Assembly (NCBI GenBank): GCA_019313915.1
Contig: JAFDAJ010000002.1
Span: 31,098-95,097, forward strand
Length of the DNA stretch: 64,000 nt
Direction: 5' to 3'
Origin: Deltaproteobacteria bacterium
GTDB lineage: Bacteria; Myxococcota_A; Polyangia; Polyangiales; Houyiibacteriaceae
Positions 8,898 through 17,678 of this stretch are shown piece by piece; position 1 is the first letter of the stretch, and every line of letters starts with the position of its first letter. The notes beneath the pieces were generated by a model. The model was not told the origin of the DNA. It saw only the letters and a list, made by a program, of their open reading frames with translations, and did not search any database. Both the position numbers and the translations under genes were made by a program.

Positions 8898-9530
8898 ATG
8901 GGTGTTGGGACTGTCATTGAGATTGAGGAGCAGCGAGGTGGGGGGGAGGCTTTACCGCTTTCGGAGTTGTTGCCTCGGGGGCGCTTGGTTGAGGTGTCGG
9001 GAAAGCATGCTTGTGCGCGGACGACGACGGCTGTGTCGTGTGTGATCCGGGCGCAGGCGTGTGGTGAGCTCGTTGCTTGGGTGCAGCCCAGAGACGGCGC
9101 GTTGTTTCCTCCTGACCTCGATGCGGCGGGGGTCGATCTCGATTCGTTCATCGCGATTCAGGTACCGCGTCATGCAGGTCCGTTCGCGCTGGTTCGCGCC
9201 GCCGAGTGGCTTGCCCGTTCCGGCGCATTCGGGTTGACGGTCATCGACCTCACCGACGCCCTGCCGCCAGGTTCTTCGGTGAACTGGCAAGGCCGTCTTC
9301 AGGGTCTGTTGCGGCAATACGACGGTCGCATTCTCTTGCTCACTTCGAGCGCGTACGAAGATCCTTCTTCCGGTCCGTTGGTAGGCTTGCGTATCGAGCC
9401 CCGGCGCGGCGCTCTTCATGCTGATCGCTTCGAAGTTCACACGCGTGTTCTCAAAGACAAAATCGGCATCGCGATCGAGCTTTCACCATGGAAGCCTATC
9501 GCTCCAGCGGGGCTGCTAGGCGCATCATGA
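8898..9530 (+). CDS. imuA: ImuA (RecA/SulA-fold SOS mutagenesis protein)
   Basis: ORF 8874..9530, but 8874 lies inside the putative operator, so ATG 8898 is preferred. Contains ...RLVEVSGKHACARTTTAVSCVIRAQACGELVAWV.... First gene of the canonical imuA-imuB-dnaE2 order. Its stop overlaps the imuB ATG (ATGA). Confidence 0.75.
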   Translation: MGVGTVIEIEEQRGGGEALPLSELLPRGRLVEVSGKHACARTTTAVSCVIRAQACGELVAWVQPRDGALFPPDLDAAGVDLDSFIAIQVPRHAGPFALVRAAEWLARSGAFGLTVIDLTDALPPGSSVNWQGRLQGLLRQYDGRILLLTSSAYEDPSSGPLVGLRIEPRRGALHADRFEVHTRVLKDKIGIAIELSPWKPIAPAGLLGAS

Positions 9531-11035
9531 AGCGGGTGAGTTGCATTCTTTTGCCGATGCTTCCGTTGCAAATTCTGTTGCGCAAGAAGCCGCACTGGAA
9601 CGGCGTTCCCATTGCCGTCGTCGATGACGAAGGTCCCAATGGCCGCATCACGCATCTCAATACGCTCGCAAAAAAGAGCCGGCTCCGCATCGGCATGCGT
9701 CAGACCGTCGCGCGTGATCTTCTGCCAAACCTACACACTGCCGTCGTGTCACCCGAAGATGCCTCGGAAGTCAGCCGGGAGCTGGTCACTTCACTTCAAA
9801 CCTTCTCACCCCGGGTCGAAGCAGTCGATTACGCTGGCGCGTTCCACGTCGACCCCGAAGGCCTTCGGCGCCTCTACGGTGGTTACCACAGCTGGGCGAC
9901 GTCTATTCACCGGTATTTGCGGGCTCGTCACTGGCGAAACTCGGTGACTGTCGGCTTTCATCGCCATCGAGCGCTTGCGGTCGCGATGACGCACAGCGGG
10001 GTCACCATCCTGAAGAGCAACGACGAAGAGCGTGAACGATCAAACAAGACGTCCCTTCGTGAGTTCGATTTGCCCGGCGATCTTTGCGAAAGCTTGGGAG
10101 CATTGGGCATCGAAACATTGGGCGACTTTCTCGCCTTACCTACTGGCGAGCTTCACAGCCGTTTTGGCGCCAAGGCAAGCGCGCTCCACGACTCGTTTGC
10201 CGACGACATGCAACTCCCAATTCAGCCGCATGCCTTCGACGAGCCAGCGCGCATCTCGTTCCAGGTAGACCCGCCCGACGAAGACCAAAACCGCTTGCTC
10301 TTCGGGATCAAGGGCGCTCTGCACTCGTTGCTGCATCAAGTCCGGGCGCGCGGAGAAGCCATTCAATCTCTCGAACTTTCACTTCATTTGGAGCGCGCGC
10401 CTCTTCACCAAGAACACATCGAAACCGCATCACCGACGTTGGATTTGATGTTGCTGCTCGAGCTCATTCGTCTTCGTTTGGTTGGTCTTGTTGGTCTTGT
10501 TGGTCTGGGCGAGATGCGCTCGCAAGGCGCGGTCGAAGAAGTGGAGCTTCTTGCCAACACGGTGCGCGCACGCGCAGAACAGGTTGCGCTCCCTGGCCAT
10601 CAACCGCGTCACGACATGCGCGGTGCGCATCGAGCGCTCGACCGAATCCGCGCTGCATACGGCGAACACTCGGTAACCAGGGCTCGCGTGCGCGAGGCGC
10701 ATTTGCCGGAAGCTTCCTTCCGCTGGGAGCCAATCCAACATGCCCGGCTCGTCGAGCAACGGGCATCGCCTCCGATTTCTTCCATGATTAGAAGAGTTTA
10801 TGCCCGTCCGAAGCCTCTTCCTCTTCGCAAGCCGAAGGAGCCCGAGGCTGGCCCCTCGCTCGCTAAGAACCACGCGATCGAGCACATGTACGGGCCGTAC
10901 CGCGTGAGTGGTGGTTGGTGGAAACGCCTCGTCGAACGTGACTACTACTACGCTGAAACCGATCACGGTGACTTGCTCTGGCTCTTCTACGACCGCCCCC
11001 GGAAGCGGTGGTTCTTGCACGGGGTGCTCGATTGA
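9527..11035 (+). CDS. imuB: ImuB (Y-family DNA polymerase-like accessory protein)
   Basis: In-frame part of ORF 9488..11035; ATG 9527 overlaps the imuA stop. The N-terminus MKRVSCILLPMLPLQILLRKKPHWNGVPIAVVD is typical of the Y-family/ImuB fold. Its stop abuts the dnaE2 ATG. Confidence 0.8.
   Translation: MKRVSCILLPMLPLQILLRKKPHWNGVPIAVVDDEGPNGRITHLNTLAKKSRLRIGMRQTVARDLLPNLHTAVVSPEDASEVSRELVTSLQTFSPRVEAVDYAGAFHVDPEGLRRLYGGYHSWATSIHRYLRARHWRNSVTVGFHRHRALAVAMTHSGVTILKSNDEERERSNKTSLREFDLPGDLCESLGALGIETLGDFLALPTGELHSRFGAKASALHDSFADDMQLPIQPHAFDEPARISFQVDPPDEDQNRLLFGIKGALHSLLHQVRARGEAIQSLELSLHLERAPLHQEHIETASPTLDLMLLLELIRLRLVGLVGLVGLGEMRSQGAVEEVELLANTVRARAEQVALPGHQPRHDMRGAHRALDRIRAAYGEHSVTRARVREAHLPEASFRWEPIQHARLVEQRASPPISSMIRRVYARPKPLPLRKPKEPEAGPSLAKNHAIEHMYGPYRVSGGWWKRLVERDYYYAETDHGDLLWLFYDRPRKRWFLHGVLD
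10481..10507 (+). repeat. In-frame 9-bp tandem repeat (GTTGGTCTT)x3 inside imuB
   Basis: gttggtctt gttggtctt gttggtctg, encoding LVG-LVG-LVG (protein ...RLRLVGLVGLVGLGE...). Confidence 0.9.
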
Positions 11036-14000
11036 ATGGGCGCTTACGTTCCGTTGTGGGTCAAAAGCAATCACAGTTTTCTGGAAGGAGCTTCCTTTCC
11101 CGAAGAGCTCGTCGAGCGTGCACACGTCCTTGGTCTTCCCGCCGTTGCCATTACAGATCGTAATGGGGTTTACGGATTGGTGCGCGCGCACATGCGAGCC
11201 AAGGAGCTCGGCATCCGCGTCGTGACCGGTGCACAACTCGCGGTCGACGTCGAAGGCGATGCGCATCACGTCATTGCACTTGCCAAGACTCGACGCGGAT
11301 ACGCCGATCTGTGCAGAGCGTTGTCACTTGGGCACGCTCGATGCGAGAAAGGCGTTTCGCTCGTTCACACAGGAGACCTCGAACAGGCACGCGACGTATT
11401 CTTTCTTTGTCCGACACCTGCGGCATTGCGCGCGTTGCACGCGAGTCATGGGCCTTCGTCATTATTCGCCCTTTGCGCGCGTCATCTGGTCGACCGCGAG
11501 AAGCCGTGTGAACGGGCCTTGCGGTCGGTTGCAAGAGAGCTCGACGTGCAGACGGTAGGCGCAAACGAAGTCCTTTATCACGACAGGAATCGGCGCCCGC
11601 TCCAAGACGTTTTATCCTGTATTCGCGGGGGGAAAGTTCTCTCGGAGGCGGGCCATACAATCTGCGCAAACGCGGAGCACGACCTCAAACCCGCCGACGA
11701 GCTCGATCGCCTCTTTGCAGACGACCCCGCATGTCTTCGTCGCTCACTCGACATCGCCGAGCAGTGTACGTTCAGCCTCGACGACCTCCATTACCGGTAT
11801 CCAGAGGAACATCTACCCTCCGGGCGAAGTGAGCAAGGGTGGCTACGCGATCTCACGTTTAGCGGCGCTCGCGCGCGTTACCAAGGCAAGGTGCCGTCCA
11901 ACGTTCGCACGCAACTCGAACGCGAGCTTCAGATCATTCGCAAGCTCGCCTACGGCGGCTACTTCCTCACGATGTATGAGATCGTCCAGTACTGCCGGGA
12001 CCAAAGTATTTTGTGTCAGGGCCGCGGTAGCGCTGCTAACAGCGCGGTGTGTTTCTGTTTGGGCATCACAGCCATCGATCCCGTGCGAATGGATTTGTTG
12101 TTCGAACGTTTCTTGAGCGTCGAACGCGCGGAGCCCCCTGACATTGATCTCGACATCGAACACGATCGTCGAGAAGAAGTCATACAGCACGTCTACGAAA
12201 AGTACGGGCGGCGACATGCGGCGATGGTCGCGAACATCATTCGTTACCGCATCCGATCTGCAGTACGCGACGTCGGCAAAGTACTCGGCTTGTCCCGAAC
12301 GGATCTGGAAACAGCCACGCGATTACTCAGACATCGTGACGATGTCCTCAACCCCGAGCTCCTCCGAGAGGCCGGCCTCGAACAGGACGCGCCCGCAACC
12401 CATCACCTTTGCTCTCTAGCCTCTCAAGTGCTGGATTTTCCTCGTCATTTATCGATTCACCCGGGTGGCTTCTTGCTTGGTCAACGTCCCGTCGACGAGA
12501 TCGTTCCAATCGAGCCGGCGACGATGGAAGGGCGCACGGTCATCCAATGGGACAAATACGATGTAGACAACCTCGCGTTGTTCAAAGTCGATTTATTGGG
12601 CCTCGGAGCGCTCACCTGCATTCACCATGCGTTTGACCTGCTGCGGGAGCACAAAGGACAGTCGCTGGAGATCGCAACCGTTCCAGCAGAGGACAAAGCA
12701 ACCTACGACATGGTGTCGAAAGGGGACACGGTGGGCGTCTTCCAAATCGAAAGCCGCGCACAGATGGCCATGCTGCCGAGGCTTCGACCGCGCACGTTCT
12801 ACGACTTGGTGATCGAAGTGGCGATCGTGCGCCCGGGCCCGATTCAAGGCGACATGGTGCACCCCTACTTGCGACGGCGGAAGGGCACCGACGAGATCGT
12901 CTATCCTCACCCCAAGCTCGAGCGCATCCTGAACAAGACGCTGGGGGTTCCGATCTTTCAAGAGCAGGTCATGAAGCTTGCAGTCGAAGCTGCCGGATAC
13001 ACACCGGGTGAAGCCGATCAGCTACGGCGTGACATGGCAGCGTGGCGCAGGTCCGGACAAATCGAAAAACACCGAACACGCATGATCCCGCGCATGCTCG
13101 CCGAAGGCATCCCCGAAGAATTTGCCGAACGCGTGTTCTCACAAATCCGCGGTTTCGGTGAGTACGGCTTCCCGGAAAGTCACGCAGCCTCCTTTGCGTT
13201 GCTGGCGTACGTCACCGCATGGCTCCGATGTCACCACCACGAAGTATTCACCTGCGCAATCCTGAACGCCCAACCGATGGGGTTCTACACCCCAGCCACG
13301 CTAGTCGAAGACGCCAAGCGCCACGGCGTCGAGGTCCTCCCCATCGACATCAACAAGAGCCAATGGGACTGCACCCTGGAAGTCATCACTGACACTGGCA
13401 CTGACACTGTTACCGGAATACGGATGGGGCTTCGATACGTGAAGGGGCTCGGAGTCGTCGAGCGGGAGCGCCTGGAACCGGGCGAGCCACCATACCCGAA
13501 CCTCGCGACCTTCGTTCGCCAGACACGGCTCAACAAGAAGGCTCTGCACGCACTGGCCGAGGCTGGTGCATTCGAATGCTTTGGGCTCAACCGGCGTGAC
13601 GCGATCTGGCAGGTGCGCAGCCTGTCGCGCTTTGCGCAGGATTCGTTGCCGCTCGAACCTGCATCGAGTCAGACCTCGTTCGCATCGTTGGCGAGCGACG
13701 ACCAAGTGCTCTGGGATTACCGCTCGAGTCATCACAGCACTCGCGGCCACCCCATGCGAGGCCTTCGCCATGCGTTGCGTTCACGAGGCATCTTCGAAGC
13801 GACCCGCATTCACAACTGCACGCACGGAGACGCGATCGAGTACGTGGGCATGGTGATCTGCCGTCAGCGTCCAGGCACCGCGTCTGGCGTTACTTTCTTC
13901 ACGCTCGAGGATGAAACCGGCTTCGTCAATGTCGTCGTCTGGAAGCAGGTGTTCGACCGCCACGCCGCACTCGCCAAGACCGCGGCATTGATCGGCGTGA

Positions 14001-14110
14001 CGGGCGAGATTCAAAAAGCCGACGGCGTCATTCACCTGATCGCCAAGTCGCTCTGGGCGCCGGACGTCGCCCTCGCAGACCAAACCCACCGTTCACGCGA
14101 CTTTCACTGA
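11036..14110 (+). CDS. dnaE2: Error-prone DNA polymerase III alpha subunit DnaE2
   Basis: 1024 aa. PHP N-terminus (PLWVKSNHSFLEGASFPEELV), pol III alpha core (GRGSAANSAVCFCLGIT, PDIDLDIEHDRREEV) and an OB-fold C-terminus. Length and position after imuAB indicate DnaE2 rather than the replicative DnaE. Confidence 0.92.
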   Translation: MGAYVPLWVKSNHSFLEGASFPEELVERAHVLGLPAVAITDRNGVYGLVRAHMRAKELGIRVVTGAQLAVDVEGDAHHVIALAKTRRGYADLCRALSLGHARCEKGVSLVHTGDLEQARDVFFLCPTPAALRALHASHGPSSLFALCARHLVDREKPCERALRSVARELDVQTVGANEVLYHDRNRRPLQDVLSCIRGGKVLSEAGHTICANAEHDLKPADELDRLFADDPACLRRSLDIAEQCTFSLDDLHYRYPEEHLPSGRSEQGWLRDLTFSGARARYQGKVPSNVRTQLERELQIIRKLAYGGYFLTMYEIVQYCRDQSILCQGRGSAANSAVCFCLGITAIDPVRMDLLFERFLSVERAEPPDIDLDIEHDRREEVIQHVYEKYGRRHAAMVANIIRYRIRSAVRDVGKVLGLSRTDLETATRLLRHRDDVLNPELLREAGLEQDAPATHHLCSLASQVLDFPRHLSIHPGGFLLGQRPVDEIVPIEPATMEGRTVIQWDKYDVDNLALFKVDLLGLGALTCIHHAFDLLREHKGQSLEIATVPAEDKATYDMVSKGDTVGVFQIESRAQMAMLPRLRPRTFYDLVIEVAIVRPGPIQGDMVHPYLRRRKGTDEIVYPHPKLERILNKTLGVPIFQEQVMKLAVEAAGYTPGEADQLRRDMAAWRRSGQIEKHRTRMIPRMLAEGIPEEFAERVFSQIRGFGEYGFPESHAASFALLAYVTAWLRCHHHEVFTCAILNAQPMGFYTPATLVEDAKRHGVEVLPIDINKSQWDCTLEVITDTGTDTVTGIRMGLRYVKGLGVVERERLEPGEPPYPNLATFVRQTRLNKKALHALAEAGAFECFGLNRRDAIWQVRSLSRFAQDSLPLEPASSQTSFASLASDDQVLWDYRSSHHSTRGHPMRGLRHALRSRGIFEATRIHNCTHGDAIEYVGMVICRQRPGTASGVTFFTLEDETGFVNVVVWKQVFDRHAALAKTAALIGVTGEIQKADGVIHLIAKSLWAPDVALADQTHRSRDFH
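13387..13410 (+). repeat. Hexanucleotide repeat (CACTGN)x4 inside dnaE2
   Basis: cactga cactgg cactga cactgt, encoding ..TDTGTDTV... The unit is the reverse complement of the CCAGTG microsatellite at 8718-8753. Confidence 0.9.
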
Positions 14111-14119
14111 CGAGCTCGA

Positions 14120-14539
14120 TCAGCTGAAGCCCAAGAGGCCAAGCTGGACGATCCAATAGGCCTCGATGCCCAACTGCACGAGGAGAAACGTGACTCGGAG
14201 CATCACGGCCATCTCGCTCGTCGAAATCAGATGCACCGTCGACTGCGCGACGCGGGCCACCAGCACCCAGCGCGCCAGTGAATCGGTGATCCCGGCGTTG
14301 TCCGTCACGAGCGCGAGAAGAATCAGCGCGGCAAAGATCGGAAGGTTCTCGTAGCAGTTCGCGTGTGCGCGGCAGAGCCTGGCTGAGAACGGAGAGACAT
14401 CTTCGCCCCACGGGGCAAACGAATTGGCCGCGCGCTCTCCCTTGAGCGTGGGCACCGTTCGAAGGAGTATGATCGCGAGCAGCAGCAACAGTGTCCACGC
14501 GGCGTAGCCGATCAGTGCAAGAGCGGATGGTGACATCAT
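14120..14539 (-). CDS. MAPEG family membrane protein
   Basis: 139 aa with ~4 TM segments. The core ...CRAHANCYENLPIFAALILLA... fits MAPEG (microsomal GST-like) proteins. Confidence 0.7.
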   Translation of the reverse strand: MMSPSALALIGYAAWTLLLLLAIILLRTVPTLKGERAANSFAPWGEDVSPFSARLCRAHANCYENLPIFAALILLALVTDNAGITDSLARWVLVARVAQSTVHLISTSEMAVMLRVTFLLVQLGIEAYWIVQLGLLGFS

Positions 14540-14566
14540 GATTCTCCCGATTGTCTTCGTTGCTAA

Positions 14567-15070
14567 CTACTCGAGCGGCAACTCAGGCTCGTCGCGGCGT
14601 GGCTGCAGATTTTCGCGCTCGATGGTTCGTACGCATGCGTTCCATCTCAAGATCGCGTCATCGACGCCGGCCGGCTTGAGCGCGTCTGCCTGCTCATAGT
14701 GCTGCATGGCCTCGTGAAGGCCTTCATACGCGAAGGTGCGCTCCATCCCGCCGTGCTGCAGATGGGCGCGGCCTTGGCGCTCCGCCACGAGCCCGGCGTA
14801 ATACGCACGCTCGTAGTCCCCGGGAAGCTTGGCGAGGTGTTCTTTCGCACGACGGACTCCATGGGAGCCTCCGCCCTGCTGAAACTGATCGGTGAGCGAC
14901 AGGATCAGCGTGATGCGCGCGGGTCCGTTTCCGGGGTCGATTGCAAGGATGTCGAGACAAATGCTTTCGGCTTGCTCAGGGTCATTGAGCAGGCGGTAGT
15001 GCTCAGCCCGCTCGACGGCGCGCCCGATGGCGTCGGCGGAAATGCGTTTGAGAGCGAAGCGTTCCGTCAT
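14567..15070 (-). CDS. Conserved-looking hypothetical protein translationally coupled to sdhB
   Basis: 167 aa, soluble and helical (RAVERAEHYRLLNDPEQAESICLDILAIDPGNGPARITLILSLTDQF). Its ATG overlaps the sdhB stop by 4 nt. No family name recognised. Confidence 0.6.
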   Translation of the reverse strand: MTERFALKRISADAIGRAVERAEHYRLLNDPEQAESICLDILAIDPGNGPARITLILSLTDQFQQGGGSHGVRRAKEHLAKLPGDYERAYYAGLVAERQGRAHLQHGGMERTFAYEGLHEAMQHYEQADALKPAGVDDAILRWNACVRTIERENLQPRRDEPELPLE

Positions 15071-15846
15071 CCTGACTGCTCCTCCGTACGTGTCTTCGTT
15101 CGCACCCTACGCCCTGCGAAGAGCCGCGCCAAGCGTGCAAGTGGATCGTAGTAACGATCCACGACTCGCTCCTTGAGAGGAATGATCCCGTTATCAGTGA
15201 TGTTGATGTGCTCCGGACAGGTGTCCGTGCAGCACTTCGTGATGTTGCACATCCCCGAGCCGTATTCCTTCTTGATCTCGGGGATGCGGTCGTCGTCGTC
15301 CAGCGGGTGCATCTCCAAGCTAGCGAGGCGAACCATGAAGCGCGGGCCGACGAACGCATCCTTGCGGCCTCGGTCGCGCACGACGTGACACACATCTTGG
15401 CAGAGGAAGCATTCGATGCACTTTCGGAATTCCTGCACGCGGTCGACGTCCTGCTGGTACATCCGATGCTCGCCATCCCGGCCGCGCGGCTTGGGCTTGA
15501 ACGGCGCAATGCGCTTGTTTTGCTCGTAGTTCCAGGAGACGTCGCAGGTGAGGTCTTTGATGACCGGGAACGCCTTGAGAGGCTGCACCGTGATCACCTC
15601 GTCCGGGCCGAAGGTATTCATCCGAGTCATGCAGGCGAGACTCGGGCGCCCGTTGATCTCCATGCTGCACGAACCGCACTTGCCGGCTTTGCAGTTCCAG
15701 CGGATCGCCAGATCGTTGGCTTGGAGGGCCTGAATGCGATGCAACACATCGAGGACGACCATGCCTTCATCGACCTCCGCGTCGTACTGGTGGAACTCGC
15801 CGCCTGCCGAGTCGCCACGCCAAATCTTGAACGTCCGTGTGCTCAT
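15067..15846 (-). CDS. sdhB: Succinate dehydrogenase/fumarate reductase iron-sulfur subunit
   Basis: 259 aa. 2Fe-2S motif CKAGKCGSCSMEINGRPSLAC, plus CIECFLCQDVC and CCTDTCP cluster motifs. Confidence 0.93.
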   Translation of the reverse strand: MSTRTFKIWRGDSAGGEFHQYDAEVDEGMVVLDVLHRIQALQANDLAIRWNCKAGKCGSCSMEINGRPSLACMTRMNTFGPDEVITVQPLKAFPVIKDLTCDVSWNYEQNKRIAPFKPKPRGRDGEHRMYQQDVDRVQEFRKCIECFLCQDVCHVVRDRGRKDAFVGPRFMVRLASLEMHPLDDDDRIPEIKKEYGSGMCNITKCCTDTCPEHINITDNGIIPLKERVVDRYYDPLARLARLFAGRRVRTKTRTEEQSG

Positions 15847-17672
15847 CCTACCCGGCCTCCCTCGAGATCTTCGAGCGTCGCGTTGGCGATGGCCGCAAGC
15901 TCCTCAGGTGGGTCGGCGCGCTCGACCTTCTGCACTTGCATCTCACCACCGGGCCCCTTCTTCGTGACGACGTTGAAGCGCGCGCACTCGTCGCGCTCGC
16001 CCTCGAAATCGAGACGCGTGTGCGCGCCGCGGCTTTCCTCGCGGATGAACGCCGCGCGCGCCACGGCCTCGCCGACGATCAGCAGTGACTTCACCGACAG
16101 CGCCTCGTGCCATCCGGGGTTGTACTGGCTCGTCCCCGGAGCCTTCAGGTTCTGCGCCCGGACCTTCAATGCCTTGAGCTGCTCGACGGCGATCTGGAGC
16201 TCTTCTCCGGTCCTGACGATGCCCACGTTGGTGCTCATCACCTCTTGGAGCGCCTCATGCATCAGATAGGGATTCTCCCCCGTTTCCCGGTTCAAAATGC
16301 CTGTCGCCTCCCTGAAGGCAGCGGTGATTTGCTCGTCGTCAGGCCTCGGAGTCGAGGTCGAGTCCGACAGGTAGGCGGCGACGCCAACCCCGGCAAGCCG
16401 TCCGAAAACGATGAGGTCGGAAAGCGAGTTACCGCCGAGGCGGTTCGCCCCATGCAAGCCCGCTGCGCACTCGCCACATGCAAAAAGTCCTGGGACGTTC
16501 GTTTGTTGCGTGTCCGCATCAACACGAATGCCGCCCATGAAGTAGTGAAGCGTCGGACCTACCTCCATCGGGGTCGTCGTGATGTCGACTTCTGCAAGCT
16601 CTTTGAACTGATGATACATCGACGGCAGCTTGCGCTTGATCGATTCAGCGGGCCGGCGTGACGCGATGTCGAGGAACGCGCCACCATGAGGAGAGCCCCG
16701 CCCCGCTTGCACCTCGGCGCGAATCGCACGCGCGACGACATCACGTGTGAGGAGCTCCGGTGGGCGTCTCGCGCTTGGGTCCTCGGGCCACTTGTCAGCC
16801 TCGAGAATCGTGTCGGCCGTCTCCGGAGCAAAGCGCTTCGGGATGTAGTTGAACATGAAGCGCTCGCCCTTGTTGTTGAGCAAGATGCCGCCATCGCCGC
16901 GAACGCCTTCGGTGACCAACGTCCCGCGAACCGAAGGGGGCCAGACCATGCCGGTCGGGTGGAACTGGGTGAACTCGAGGTCCATCAGCTCCGCGCCCGC
17001 TTCGTATGCCAACGCCGCACCGTCGCCTGTGTACTCCCAGGAGTTGCTGGTGACGTTCCAGGCCTTGCCGCCTCCTCCGGTTGCCATGATCACAGCAGAG
17101 GTCCGAAATAGGACAAATCTGCCGGTTTCACGCCAATAACCTGCCACCCCTGCGATCCGCCCTCCATCGAGGAGCAGCCTGAGCGCCGTGCACTCCATGT
17201 GAAAATGGATGCCCTGATGGACCCCATGATCCTGAAGCGTTCGGATGAGCTCGAGGCCGGTACGGTCGCCGACGTGCGCCAACCGGGGGTAGCGGTGACC
17301 ACCAAAGTTGCGCTGATTGATCAACCCGTCGGGGGTTCGGTCGAACACCGCGCCCCACTCCTCGAGCTCGCGCACGCGGTCGGGAGCCTGCTTGGCGTGG
17401 AGCTCCGCCATGCGCCATTGATTCAAGAACTTCCCGCCCCGCATCGTGTCGCGAAAGTGGATCTTCCAGTTGTCGCGCCGGTCCACGTTCCCGAGGGACG
17501 CGGCCATGCCGCCCTCCGCCATCACCGTGTGCGCCTTACCCAGAAGGCTCTTGGAGATGACGCCGGTGTTGAGCCCACGCGCGCTGCATTCGATGGCGGC
17601 GCGAAGACCGGCCCCGCCTGCACCAATGACGAGCACGTCGTGCTCGAAAGTTTGTATCTCGCTGACGTTCAT
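15843..17672 (-). CDS. sdhA: Succinate dehydrogenase/fumarate reductase flavoprotein subunit
   Basis: 609 aa. FAD fold VIGAGGAGLRAA, HTVMAEGG (covalent-FAD His region), FHPTG, GANRLGGNSL. Confidence 0.95.
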   Translation of the reverse strand: MNVSEIQTFEHDVLVIGAGGAGLRAAIECSARGLNTGVISKSLLGKAHTVMAEGGMAASLGNVDRRDNWKIHFRDTMRGGKFLNQWRMAELHAKQAPDRVRELEEWGAVFDRTPDGLINQRNFGGHRYPRLAHVGDRTGLELIRTLQDHGVHQGIHFHMECTALRLLLDGGRIAGVAGYWRETGRFVLFRTSAVIMATGGGGKAWNVTSNSWEYTGDGAALAYEAGAELMDLEFTQFHPTGMVWPPSVRGTLVTEGVRGDGGILLNNKGERFMFNYIPKRFAPETADTILEADKWPEDPSARRPPELLTRDVVARAIRAEVQAGRGSPHGGAFLDIASRRPAESIKRKLPSMYHQFKELAEVDITTTPMEVGPTLHYFMGGIRVDADTQQTNVPGLFACGECAAGLHGANRLGGNSLSDLIVFGRLAGVGVAAYLSDSTSTPRPDDEQITAAFREATGILNRETGENPYLMHEALQEVMSTNVGIVRTGEELQIAVEQLKALKVRAQNLKAPGTSQYNPGWHEALSVKSLLIVGEAVARAAFIREESRGAHTRLDFEGERDECARFNVVTKKGPGGEMQVQKVERADPPEELAAIANATLEDLEGGRVG

Positions 17673-17678
17673 CGATCG

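Noticed and set aside
10430-11269. 279-aa minus-strand ORF spanning the imuB/dnaE2 junction
   Set aside because: It crosses two well-supported plus-strand genes and looks like a typical GC-rich shadow frame.
15208-16269. 353-aa plus-strand ORF across sdhB/sdhA
   Set aside because: It is antisense to two unambiguous SDH subunits, and its composition is junk-like (RAALRDVAHPRAVFLLDLGDAVVVV...).
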